A DNA stretch of 64,000 nucleotides from Chiloscyllium plagiosum. Its lineage: Eukaryota. The stretch's first letter is position 1, and each line of letters opens with the position of its first letter. The stretch lies in NCBI RefSeq assembly GCF_004010195.1, contig NC_057751.1, positions 8,090,137 through 8,154,136 on the forward strand, read 5' to 3'. The notes beneath the pieces were generated by a model that was not told where the DNA came from, did no database searches, and saw nothing but the letters and a program-made list of their open reading frames with translations. The position numbers were made by a program, and so were the translations under genes. Below, in pieces: positions 24,786-36,875 of the stretch.

Positions 24786-25438
24786 TAGGAATATATCCAA
24801 AGGTATTTTTTGAAATAAATGAAACGTATTTGGGTGAGGATCGATTTTTGCCAAAAGGGGTCTCCCCATTTGTTCTTCAATGTGGTGGAATATTTCCTGC
24901 CCAGCTGAGAAAGCAGATAAAGCCTTCTAAGTCAGTGTGTCACCCTGTCAGAGTTGTACTCCTTTCAGGTCTGCAGTGATTATATCGATCTAGTTTTGTT
25001 GTTCAAGTTCCTGGAGTGGGCCTTCAACCCACAACCTCCTGACTCAGAGGCACAGCAGGAACAATCAACACTCATCCAGATGGAAGAGTCAACTCAAAAT
25101 GTTTCCCTTTCCACAGACCTCAGCATTAACCCACTCACCCAACCCCCTCAGCATCACACTTGTTCGCCTTCAAAAGAAACAAGAAAGGCTGGCATTTGCA
25201 TAGCGCCTGAGGGGTGTTGCAAATGGACCTGCAGCCAATGGAGTGTTTTTGAGATGCAGTCACTTGTAACGCTGACAGTTGTGCCAAATCACACGCAGCA
25301 GAATTTTTGGAAAGTCCATTCTTTATTCCTCTTGCCAATTTCTCACTTACTGTTTCGAAGAGTGGCTCTCACTGAGTGAGGTTGAGATATCAACCGTGGT
25401 CCAGTTCCTGACGCAGGTGTTGGCTGATGCAATAGATG

Positions 25439-25516
25439 CTGGAAATGTGTTGCTGGAAAAGCGCAGCAGGTACATTTCCAGCTCTGATCTCCAGCATCTG
25501 CAGACCTCACTTTCTC
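25439..25516. mobile_element. 78-bp PLE pLTR mini-foldback with 15-bp TSD, no hammerhead
   Basis: TSD ctgatgcaatagatg at 25424-25438 and 25517-25531. Confidence 0.8.
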
Positions 25517-26937
25517 CTGATGCAATAGATGGGCAGGCAGAAGGGCACCACAAAGGAGCCTGAACTCACTCCACGTCCAGATTTCTGTTATTCCCTGCTG
25601 GTTCACACTGTAGTGATAATGACTGGTGATTTGTCCTTTTTAAACCTGAGGGGGTACTGTATGTGTGAGTGTGGGGGTAGGCGTTGGGGGACAATGCAAC
25701 GTTTCCACCACTGCCCTTGACTCAAGTCCACACTAATGAGGATCTGTACATCTGCTGTTCTTGCTCATTTGCACAGCCAGAAATGCTTTTGGCCATTACG
25801 TTAAACTGCAGATTTTTTTTTTCCCTTTTAAATTAACGCAGTGCGAGTGTTAAAAGTCTAACTTTTCTGTCAGAGTATTTCCTCAGAGCTGCTGTTCTAA
25901 TGAACCTTGCACCACTCTCCCCAGCATGCAGAATATTCTGTGCTTTGATTCTCGTTAGGCCTCATTAGTATGTACAAGCAAATGCACAAATCCTTCAGCC
26001 CAGGTCTTTTGGACATGTCAGATGACCTTTCTGCACAGGAACTAGCTGCAGAAATCATTTTGTGGCTTTTTTTTAAAAAAATCAAAATCTCCATTCCAAA
26101 TTTGGACTTCAGTTGAAGTTCTGGGCACAATTAGGAGTCAGGATGTTAAATGCACATTTTCCTAAGTTCTGAAATGTTTCCACTCATTTGTATCATCGCA
26201 AATGTTTGGATTACTATAATCAGGCAGTGACTTTAACTGTAAATGCTTTTAGTTTTTACATTAAAATACATTCCTTGGCATATTTAAGAGTTGCAAACTA
26301 TTGGTGGTTTAAATCCCTGAAAATGAGTTTACCTCTGAAAAATAAGCATTTTGAATCAGTGTACCAAAATTCACCATCTGTCAGGAACCTGAACTTTAGA
26401 TTAATTAAAATGAGAACTCAGAACCATACAAGACTAGTGACTGGTTTCAATGTAATTGAGTGGTCCATTTCTCCGTCGATTAAAAATAACATTTGGAAGA
26501 TTCGTAAAGGGGAACTGATAGCTGCCATTGTCCACCGAAAGCACCATAAGCAGATGTTTGCAATCGTAATCAGTTTGGTCTGGGAGTTGACTGGTTCTGT
26601 CAGTAGCCATTAGATCACAGAATCTCAATATACAGAGCTGTACTTATTGCTTGTGGGTGCTTAATTCTTGGTGGGTGATTTGGTGCAATGGCAATAACTC
26701 TACCCAATTAACTCTTACAGGGACACTGGTGCAAACTGTCCTCCTAGTGCCTTGCTGAACTGGTCACTGTTCATGCAGTCAGTGACGGAAAGGAGTTCGG
26801 TGGAAGGCCAATCCAATCATCCAAGAATTTCACTCTGTCAATCGATCAAGAACGGCAAACAGTTCCACTCCGTCTCCTCCCTGAAAGGCAGCAAGGCCAA
26901 TGATAGTCAAAGCTACTGCATGGCTAGTCAAACCTGG

Positions 26938-27119
26938 TAAAAACAATGACTGCAGATGCTGGAAACCAGATTCTGGATTAGTGGTGCTGGAAGAGCACAG
27001 CAGTTCAGGCAGCATCCGAGGAGCAGCAAAATCGACGTTTCGGGCAAAACCCTTCATCAGGAACGTCGATTTTGCTGCTCCTCTGATGCTGCCTGAACTG
27101 CTGTGCTCTTCCAGCACTA
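26938..27119. mobile_element. PLE pLTR foldback (family A') with 14-bp TSD
   Basis: TSD ctagtcaaacctgg at 26924-26937 and 27120-27133; 61-bp inverted arms 26979-27039 and 27062-27122 with two mismatches. Confidence 0.9.
27034..27060 (-). ncRNA. Minimal type I hammerhead ribozyme motif
   Basis: CUGAUGA-A-GGGU UUU GCCC-GAAAC-GUC. Confidence 0.75.
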
Positions 27120-27639
27120 CTAGTCAAACCTGGAACTATCTGGCCTCTTGTTTCGTTACATGCCAGGCAATAACCTTAACCTATGAGAAATAATGAGAGA
27201 GCAAAGCCTTTCTTATTTTCTGACTCAGTTTCCATGGGTCAACCAAGCGATAGAGAGGTGTGCCCTATCATCTGGCAGAGACAGATTCAAGTCTTTTGGT
27301 TCACCAGTATCAAGTGAATCTCAGCACAATTTTGAGCACAGGACAGACAGAGGAAGCATTGTTTTTAAGAGGTAGGACAATGTAGAGTTGTACAGTCTGT
27401 GTTGTTGACAGAAGACAGTCCACACTCATATCATTGAACATCAACACCCTTTACTAACCATGACTATATTGAACAGATGGTAAAAGAGGATATTCCTGCA
27501 ATCTTGCAGTCTTCTATCCCACTCCTCTGTGGCCTGTTGTCACTATATCATAGCTCCTTATGGTTATAGAGTCAAAGATATGAAGAGCTCGAAAACACAT
27601 GAAAAGAGCATCCCACCCACACCATCCCATGACCCTACT

Positions 27640-27953
27640 GTTCCCATGGCTAATCCACTTAACCTACACAGTCCACACTGTTTCTCCAAAGAGCATCCCA
27701 CTCAGAGCCACCCCTCTACCCCATTCCAGTTACCCTGCATTTCCATGGCTAATCCAACTAATTACTTATCCCTGGACAACTAAGCACGGGCAATTTAGCA
27801 TGGTCAATCCACCCAACATACACACCTTTGGATTATGGGAGGAAACCAGAGATACATGGAGAACATGCAAACTTCACATAGACAATCGCTCGAAGGTGGA
27901 ATCGAACCTCAGACCATGGTGATGTGAGGTAACAATGCTAACCACTGAGCCAT
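27640..27953 (-). mobile_element. Old V-SINE
   Basis: Antisense head (ctaaccactgagcca) and gggcaatttagcatggtcaatccacc. Confidence 0.65.
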
Positions 27954-28220
27954 GTTTCAGCCCACGAGGTGGGGGGAGGAGGGGGTGTTGTTCGGGGGAA
28001 TACCTACTGCCCGACATTTAATATCTTCCAAAGATGCAGGTGAGCCAGATAGACTGGCAAGTACCCTGTCATAGGCAGCTGGTATCTCAATCTTTGGACC
28101 TCCTTTCGTTTGTAGAATGGGAACATACATGTTGGTGAAGATGATGACTAACTGAACCCAAACCCCATTAGTCACATGTGACCGAGACTCTGTGAAGGGA
28201 TGGAACCCTACAGCTAGACC

Positions 28221-28520
28221 GGGTGGCACGGTGGCTCAGTGGTTAGCACTGCTGACTCAAAGCACCAGGGTCCCAGGTTCGATTCCAGCCTTGGGTGATT
28301 GTCTGTTTGGAGTTTGCAAATTATCCCCGTGTCTGCATGGGTTTCTTTCAGGTGCTCCGGTTTCCTCCCACAGTCCAAAGATGTGCAAGTCAAGTGAATT
28401 GGTCATGCTAAATTGCCCAAAGTGTTAGGTGCATTAGTCAGAGAGTGGGATACTCTTTGGAGGGTTGATGTGGACTGGTTGGGCCGAAGGGCCTGTTTCC
28501 ACACTGTAGAGAATCTAATC
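28221..28520 (+). mobile_element. HE1/V-SINE
   Basis: Head, V-domain and tail present. Confidence 0.88.
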
Positions 28521-30672
28521 AAAGAGTTGGAATCAGTGTTCAATGCCTTGGAACGTCTGTAAAGAGTTGACAGGTACTCATGAGAATGAGATAGTGCACA
28601 GTCTGAAACAAGACGGAGACAGAAATGCTGCAGGCACAGTCCAGTGAGGTAGAGCAAGCCTGCAGAGTGCAGGACAGACACCCAACCACATACCTCACGC
28701 TGGTCAGAACACACAAGAGCAGAATTTCATGGGATTGAGTTCATAGGAGCTGGGTTTCTCAGTCCACAGAGCCTCAGCATAAATCACCTCTGACCCTCCT
28801 CACTAGTTCAGGCTGGCTGTGTGACCTTGCCAGGGCACAAGATCAGAGCAGACCACTTGACTCGCAGCTCACTTCTCTTGTCATCTCTGTATTCCTTTTT
28901 GGGCCTCACCATCATTTCATGCTTCCCAGTGTTGAGCTAAAATGTCCAGTTCTGTTTCGATTTCTGACAGCATTCATCAAAATGACTGTCCCCCCTGTCT
29001 CAGTGAAACACACTTGTGCCTGACGAGTGTCATGTTTACCCAAGTCCAGCTCAGTGAATTTGTCTTTTATGGAAAATATTCCCAATCAATTCAAAGCAAT
29101 GCAATTCCAATTGTTTTTGCTGTTGCCTGGCGCCTAAGTGGAACATAATTAAAGAGCGGCTGGAAATAGCTAGCTTTTGTATAGATCCAACAAAATAAAA
29201 AAAAATGTTAACACTATCTGGGATTTTCTTGGCAGCAGAACAAAATTTTGTCCTTCATTTGGTAATAGATGAACAATCTGTCATGCACATACAAGATCGA
29301 CTCCGTTTCAATTTACCTTGTGCTTTTCAAACCTTCATTTTCACACTTAGATTTCACTGTGCTCATCTCTTTATCATTCGGTGACATATTGTAATGACTT
29401 GAATTTGAACTTCGGTCAGTAAGACACACAACAAATCACAAGTCTATTGTACAGCCCTGTCAATGAGTTGGAATTGGCCTTCAGATACATTAGTTTTCTT
29501 CTCTAAAGGTTAAATGATTAAATGAGGGAGTTGTACCGACATCAAAAATAAACAGCCACAGCGATAGCATGCATCAGAGGGTATTAAATCCACCATTTGC
29601 TTCCATGTTAGTCATAAATCACCACAGGAACAAAGCACATGGCCCTGAATAGGACTATCAGTACTACATTTCTGCGAAGCTTCTGACTGCAAAGTCTGAA
29701 GGAACGAGGCAATGGACGGGCTTATCCATAATCCCTTGCGGTTTCACACCGTTAGCTCAAGATGACACAATGCATTGATAAGAAGTTCAGTCTTTAAAAC
29801 CGGAGATACAGACAAAGGAGAGAGGTGAGCAATGAGCTCCATAGGCATCTTAATAGGAAAACCATGAACTGGAGTATGTGAAGGAAAAAGACTTGCATAT
29901 TGACAGTGCTTTATCATGTCATACAAATCTGGGAGATATTTTAACTTTAGACAGATAATAGGGACACATGTTGTGACCACCAAATGCACAGCATCATGTT
30001 CCCAGTTGATGATGTCAGATCCCAAAGGGTAACCTGGCCTGACACATCATATATTTAATTTCTGCAATTGGTTAACAAGCTGGTTAGTCACTGAAACATG
30101 TGCATATGAGGCTGGAAGCATTCTTTAAATGCACGACATAAGTTTAAAAGGCAAAAGAAAAAGAAACAAGCAAACAGACACACGAGATAGTGGCAGGGAT
30201 CTTGACATAAACAGCAAAACAGACCATGAACCGATTTCCCAATGTCACCCTTTTACAGTTACACAGTTCCAGAAAAATTCTATTCCAATTTCCTTTCCTT
30301 GGATTCCAAAGTCATAGAGTCATGTGGCACTGAAACAGACCCTTCGGTCCAACTCATTCGTGCCAACCAGACATCCCAATCTGACCGAAATGCAGAAAAT
30401 GCCACAATTCCTTTCTGGATCTATTGCCATGACCCCTTCACAATCACGATTGCCTGAACTTACTTGACTCTGATAACCTGAACCAAATTTTGCAAGCTCA
30501 CGTAAGCTCCACAGACTCAAAACTGCTTCTGCTGAGGTGACTGGGTCCCCTGAATTGAACTTTGTTCTCCTGCTCTGAAGTCAAAGACAAACAGGTGCCC
30601 TGATCAGTTCCCTCTGCTTGTCATAAACTCAGCAGGGCAAACATTTCTTCCATTAACACCACCAGTAGTCTG

Positions 30673-30765
30673 TTGGGCAGTATGCATTATGCATTATTAA
30701 AAATAATGTATTTCGGTATTTTGGGCAGTATGCATTATGCATTATTAAAAATAATGTATTTCGGT
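30673..30765. repeat. Perfect 45-bp direct duplication with 3-nt spacer
   Basis: ttgggcagtatgcattatgcattattaaaaataatgtatttcggt at 30673-30717 and 30721-30765. Confidence 0.95.
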
Positions 30766-31059
30766 CACAGTCCAATTAGGTTTCTGAACTTTATTTAAGA
30801 ACGAAAAGGTCTTTTCAGCATTGGTCAAAATCCATCTGCCTCATTGTTTAAAATTAACTTTAACATTGGTTTTTAAACAAGGAATGTAATTGCTATGTTT
30901 TACACATTATAATAGTAAGATACCCAAATGAACGGTAGGATGACTGATCAGCAAATTAATTTTATTCTGGAATTGGTGGAGGAAAGACTGTTGGTAAAAA
31001 ATGCCAAGAGAAAGATTTGCCCTTCCAGAAGGAGAATGTTTTCTCCAATGCCAGCTCGA

Positions 31060-31757
31060 GCATAGAGAGTCATAGAGGTGTACAGCACGGAAAAAGACCC
31101 TTTGGTCCAACTTGTCCATGCCAACTGGTTACCCTAAATTAATCTAGTCCCATTTGCCAGCACCCAGCCCATATCCATCTCCACCCTTCCTTTTCATGTA
31201 CCCATCCAGATGCCTTTTCAATGTTGTAATTATACCAGCCTCCACCACTTCCTCTGGCAGCTCATTCCACACAGTTTGCGTCAAAACGTTGCCCCTTAGG
31301 TCCCTTTTAAATCTTTCCCCTCTCACCTTAAACCTACGCCCTGTAATTTTGGATTTCCCTACCCTGGGGAAAAGACCTTGGTATTCACCCTATCCATTCC
31401 CCTCATGATTTTGTAAACCTCTATCAGGTCACCTCCTCAGCCTCCAACGCTCCAGGGAAAATAGACCCAGCCTATTCAGCCTCTCCCTACAGCTCAAATC
31501 CACCAACCCTGGCAACATCCTTTTCAATCTTTTCTGAACACTGTCAAGTTTCACTACATCCTTGCTATAGCAAGGAGACCAGAGATTGAACGCAATATTC
31601 CAAAAGTGGTCTAACCATTGTCCTGCACAACCACAACATGACCTCCCAACTCCTATGCTTAATACACTGACCAAGTGTACCAAACACCTTTTTCATGACC
31701 CTATCTACTGCGACTCCACTTTCAAGGAATTATGAACATGCACCCCAAGGTCTCTTT
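31060..31757 (-). mobile_element. CR1/HER1 3' fragment
   Basis: WSPCYSKDVVKLDSVQKRLKRMLPGL...RLGLFSLE and WNELPEEVVEAG. Confidence 0.85.
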
Positions 31758-31852
31758 AGTTGACATATGCGTCATACTTTAGTTACCAGGCAAACCTGCT
31801 GCCCGCTAAACCAGGCTGCAATAAACTCGGGAACGAATCTTCCAGTGTCAGC

Positions 31853-31942
31853 AAGTGTGGCGCTGGAAAAGCACAGCAGGTCAGGCAGCATCCGAGGAGC
31901 AGGAGAGTCGACATTTTGGGCATTAGCCCTTCATTAGGAATG
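31853..31942 (-). mobile_element. PLE pLTR arm (family A) with degenerate hammerhead
   Basis: Minus strand cattcctaatgaagggctaatgcccaaaatgtcgactctcc. Confidence 0.7.
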
Positions 31943-32195
31943 TCACAACTTTCCCCTTGGCGTGATGAACCCTATGAGAATGACAAATGGGCTAAAGTTT
32001 GTTCAACTTGAGAAATGGTTCACAAGTACCCTCCACAGTTGACTGAAGGTGCGGAAGAGAAGAGGAACCTGCTGCTTCAAAAAAAATGCCAAGGATTTAT
32101 ATTAATTTAAAGCTCATGGGTGGTTTCCAGAGACATCAATGAACATACTTGAGAAACCTAGTCCACACTGTTAATTTGAATTTGCAGTCAATATC

Positions 32196-32555
32196 TAGAA
32201 TCATAGAGATGTACAGCATGGAAACAGACTCTTCAGCCCACTCGTCCATGCTGACCAGATATCCTAAACTACTCCAGTCCCATTTGCCAGCACTTGGCCC
32301 ATATCCCTCTAAACCCTTCCTACTCATATACCCATCCAGATGCCTTTTAAATGTTGTAATTGTTCCAGCCTCCACCGCTTCCTCTGACAGCTCATTATAT
32401 ACACACACCACCCTCTGTGTGAAAACATTGTCCCTTATAAATCTTTTCCCTCTCACCCTAAACCTATGCCCTTTAGTTCTGGATTCCCTCACCCCAGGGA
32501 AAAGACCTTGTCTGTTTACCCTATCCATGCCCCTCATGATTTTGTAAAACTCTGT
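32196..32555 (-). mobile_element. CR1/HER1 3' end
   Basis: MRGMDRVNRQGLFPGV...TITTFKRHLDGYM. Confidence 0.85.
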
Positions 32556-33149
32556 AATTAACAGAAGGATTCACCACCGTGTTGTAACAGTTACCCTCAT
32601 GCACTTTGTTTGATATGATCAGGCTGTCCTGCATACAAAACAAAACTTTTCACTGTACAACAATAATAAATCAAATTAAATTAAATTATACAATTTTGTG
32701 ACCTGGGGTATGACTGAAGCACAGCATCGTAACTTTTATTTCCAACTCCTCATTTAATAAAAGACAGCATCCCATTGACCCATTGCAACTAGATGCTGAC
32801 ATTGTCCAGAGAACAAGTCAATCCCCCCGCAGCTCAGATTTCTGCCTTTGTTCTTTGTTTAAGTGACATTCTGCTTTTTTTATTCTTTCTGCCAAAATGA
32901 ACATTGCCAGACTTTCTCTCAACCTATCCCCTACCTGTCTACGATTTCCTTGTGTCTTCTTCACAACACACTCTCCTGTCTCTTTTGTTGTTATCTTTGA
33001 ATTTAGCTGCTGTGGCTTCGCACCCCTCCCTGAAGTCATTGATAAATTGTCCAAGGCTGAAGCTGACCAACACAGGACCTTAGTCTCACATCCTGCCAGT
33101 CACATCCTGTCCCAATTATGCACACTTTATCTTTTTCTGCCAGACAACT

Positions 33150-34145
33150 AAACTCCTTTTCATGTGTTTCCCCCAGCACCGTGAACTTTTATTTTCTGCA
33201 ATAACCTTTGATGTGACACTTTCTCAAATGTCTTTTGGAAACCGTTTACAGTATGTATTTTATTCACAGCATGCATTACTCCTTCAAAGAACTCAAACAA
33301 ACTGGTTAAACATCATTTCCCTTTGATGAAACCATGCTGACTCTTCATGAGTACCTTGGAGCTTTGTTTAAGTATCCAGCTTTAACATCCTTAATGATCG
33401 GTTCTAACACTCTCCCCATGACAGACTTCAAGGGAATTGGCGACAGTTTCCTGTTTTCTCACTCCATCGCCTTTTTTTTGAACACAGGGATTATGTTTAC
33501 CACTGGAATCTTTCCTGAATTGAGAGGATTTTGCCACGCTATGCACCTACAAGCACATTAGCCGCTCCTTTATAAGCTGAGGGTGAAGGGTTCATCTGGA
33601 CCCAGAGACCTGTCAACCCACACCTCTATCAAATTGGTCAGGAGCATTTCCTCTGTGATGGTCATTTTACTAAATTCCTCTCTCCACTTCTAGCCACTGA
33701 GTTACAACAAATAATGGAGTATCCTCTATAGTGAGGACAGAAGCAAAATGGTTGTTTATTTCAGCCATCACTTCCTTATTATAGATTTACAACTCTCCAT
33801 TTTTAATCTTCTGAGGTCTAACACCCACTTTACTTTTGCTTTCCCTTTTTAAATATCTGCAGAAGTTCTTACTATCCAATTTTATATTTCTAGCTAGCTT
33901 CCTCTCTTACTCTCATTCATTCCTCCTGGTGAATGTTTTAAGTCATTCTCTGCTATACTTTATATCCTGACCATTCAACTGACCTGCTGCTCATCTTTGA
34001 TCAGTTACATGCAATTTCCTGAAGTTTGATGCTTTCCTGAATTTTCTTAATTAATCACAGATGGTGGGTCCACACTTTAGAATCTTCCTTTCTCATGATA
34101 ATATACTTAAACTGAATATTCTGAAATACTGCATTAATTGTCTGC
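33150..34145 (-). mobile_element. Old CR1 ORF2 remnant, possibly continuing at ~36190-36395
   Basis: Minus strand SQHGFIKGK*CLTSLFEFFE at ~33280-33342. Confidence 0.55.
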
Positions 34146-34162
34146 TGTTTGAAGTAGTTTGT

Positions 34163-36187
34163 TTGCAGGCAAAGGGACCTCTGGCAAGTGGGAGACCTTT
34201 AAAAGTGAGTTCAAGGTCTATATATTCCGGTGAGGGTGAAAGGAAGGCTGACAGGACTAGTCAATCCTGGACGTCAAGAGATATTGAGGTTTTGACCTGA
34301 AAAAAGGAGAGATGGCTCAGGTACAGGCAGCTGGGATCAAGGGAACCCCTGGAGGTATATAGGGGGATACAGGAGTTTACTGAAGAAGGAAATCAGGAGG
34401 TCTAGAAGGGGGCACGAAATAGCTTTGGCTGAGAAGGTTAGGATGAATCCAAAGAGGTTCTTGCAGTATATTAAAGGAAAAAGAGTAACAAGAGAGAGAG
34501 AGAATTGGATCCTCAAGGACCAAAGTGGACATGTATGCGTAGAACCACAGGAGGTGGACGGGGTCTTCAATGAATATTTCTCCTCTATGTTTACCGTGGA
34601 GAAAGACACAAAGACTTGGGAACTTGGGGAAGTTAGTGGTTATATCTTGGAGACAGTCCATATCACAGTGGTGGTGGTGTTGGATGTAACAATATATTTG
34701 AAGGTGGATAAATCTCCTGGTCCTGATCAGATATATCCAAGAACACTGCAACAGGCTACAGAAGAAATTGTGGGTGTGTTAGCTGATATTTTTGCATCAT
34801 TATTAGCTACGGGTGAGGTCCCGGAAGACTGGAGGGTAGTGAATGTTGTGCCCTTATTCAGGAAGGGCTGCAAAGACGAACCTGGGAACTATAGACTAGT
34901 AACCCTAACATCTGTGGTTGGTAAGTTACTTGAGAGGATGCTGAGAGATAGGATATACATGCATTTGAAAAGGCAGGGTTTGATTCGGAATAGTCAGCAT
35001 GGCTTTGTGCATGGGGGATCATGCCTCACAAATTTCTTAGAGTTCTTTGATGAAGTGACCAGGAAGGTTGACAAGGGCAGGGTGCTGGATGCAGTCCATA
35101 TGGATTTCAGTAAGGCCTTTGACAAGGTTCCACATGGTAGGCTGCTCTGAAAGGTTAGATCGCATGAAATCCTGTGCGAGTTGGCAAATTGGATACACAA
35201 TTGGATTGATTGGAGGAAGCAGAGGGTAATAGTGGAAGGATGATTGTCAGACTGGAAGCCTGTGACTAGTGGAGTGCCTCAGGGGTTGATGCTGGGCCCA
35301 TTTCTGGTGGATTATCTATGTCAGTGCTTTGGATGAGAATGTACAAGGCATGGTTAATAAGTTTGAAAATGACACTAAAATAGGTGGTATCGTGGACAGT
35401 GAGGAACGTTATCAGAAATTGCAGCATGACCTTGGTGAGCTGGGGAAGTGGGCCGGGAAATGACAAATGGAGTTTAATATAACTAAATGTGAGGTCTTGC
35501 ACTTTGAAAAGTCAAATCAAGCTGGGAATTTCATGGTGAATGGTAGAGCTTTAAGGAGTGTAGTGGAACAGATGGGCCTTGGAGTTCAGGTGCACCGTTC
35601 TCTGAAAGTGGACTCACAGGTAGACAGGGCGGTGAAGAAGGCTTTTAGTACACTGGCTTTCACCAGTCAGGGCATCGAGTATAGAAGTTTGGAAGTTATG
35701 TTGCAGTTATGCAAGACGTTGGTCAGGCCGCACTAGGGTACTGTGTTAGGTTTTGGTCACCTTGGTATAGGAAGAATGTTATTTAAACTGCAAAGAGTGC
35801 AGAGGAAATTTACAAGGATGTTGCCAGGAGTCAACAATCTGAGTTATAAGGAGAGGTTGGACAAGCTAAGACCTTTTCCTGTAGAGCGTAGGAGACTGAG
35901 GGGGATCTTATGGAAGTGTATAAGATTTTGAGAGGCATGGATAGGGTGAATGCCCTCAGTTTCTTTCCCCAGGGCTGGGAAATCGAAGATTGGAGGGCTT
36001 TACTTTAAGGTTAGAGGGGAAAGAATAAAAGGGAACCTGAGGGGCAACTTTCTTACAGAGGGTGGGACGCGTATAGAATGAGCTGCCAGCGAAAATGATT
36101 GAGGCAGGTTCATTAACATTTAAAAGGCATTTGAACAAATATATGGATAGGGGCCTTTTTCCTTGCTGTTCGACTCTCTGACACTAT
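34163..36187 (+). pseudogene. CR1/HER1 LINE, 2-kb 5'-truncated ORF2 (RT) remnant
   Basis: KSPGPDQIYPR, VPEDWRVVNVVPLFRKG, PGNYRLVTLTSVVGKLLE, SQHGF, DFSKAFDKVPH; stops and frameshifts; catalytic FADD decayed to FEND. Confidence 0.92.
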
Positions 36188-36778
36188 GGTATCTGGTCTG
36201 ATCTATACTTCACTCAATTTGACCATTGACTTCAGTTTTCATGTCCACAAAGTTTCCCTTATTTAAATTTTAAACACTAGTCTCAGACCCAAACTTCTCC
36301 CTTTCAAACTATATGCAAAATACGACCTTGGGTTGCCTTAACTCTGAAGTAATTAAGTAATCAATCCTGTCATATTACACAATGCCAAATCTTTTTGGGT
36401 TTACACTCATTGGGAAAATTTGGAACAAGACATACCAATAGAACGGGAAAATAATGTCTATGCTTCATGAGATTCACAGATTGCTGATAATTCCCAAATG
36501 AACTCTGGTTGGTTCAGGCATCATTAATAACAACAAGATTGGTGAAATAGATTAACACGATTTAAAATGATACATCCTCATGTTTAATCTGAATGTCCTG
36601 GTCTTTCCTTTCAGATACAGTGATTGTTAAAATCTAAGATTCTCTCCTTCCCTTCCGAGAGATGGTTTCTGTGCTGAATGAACAACAAGTCTATGACTCT
36701 ATGAATGAACAACACATATTACTTTGTTAAAAATCACACAACACGAGGTTATAGTCTAACAGGTTCATTTGGAAGCAC

Positions 36779-36807
36779 TAGCTTTCGGAGCGCTGCTCCT
36801 TCATCAG
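36779..36807 (-). ncRNA. Minimal type I hammerhead motif
   Basis: CUGAUGA-A-GGAGC AGC GCUCC-GAAAG-CUA. Confidence 0.72.
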
Positions 36808-36846
36808 ATGGTTGTTGTGACAACCACCACCAGAGACAACAAACAC

Positions 36847-36875
36847 CTGATGAAGGAGCAGTGCGCCGAAAGCTA
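36847..36875 (+). ncRNA. Minimal type I hammerhead motif
   Basis: cac-CUGAUGA-A-GGAGC AGU GCGCC-GAAAG-CUA-gug; stem I CAC/GUG; one stem II mismatch. Confidence 0.68.

Noticed and set aside
26979..27122. miRNA precursor or DNA-transposon MITE
   Set aside because: Arms are unequal pLTR pieces, TSDs are long and variable, and the same sequence is attached to PLE ORFs elsewhere
34425..35150. 241-aa RT ORF as a functional gene
   Set aside because: Part of a 5'-truncated CR1 with stops, frameshifts and a decayed catalytic motif
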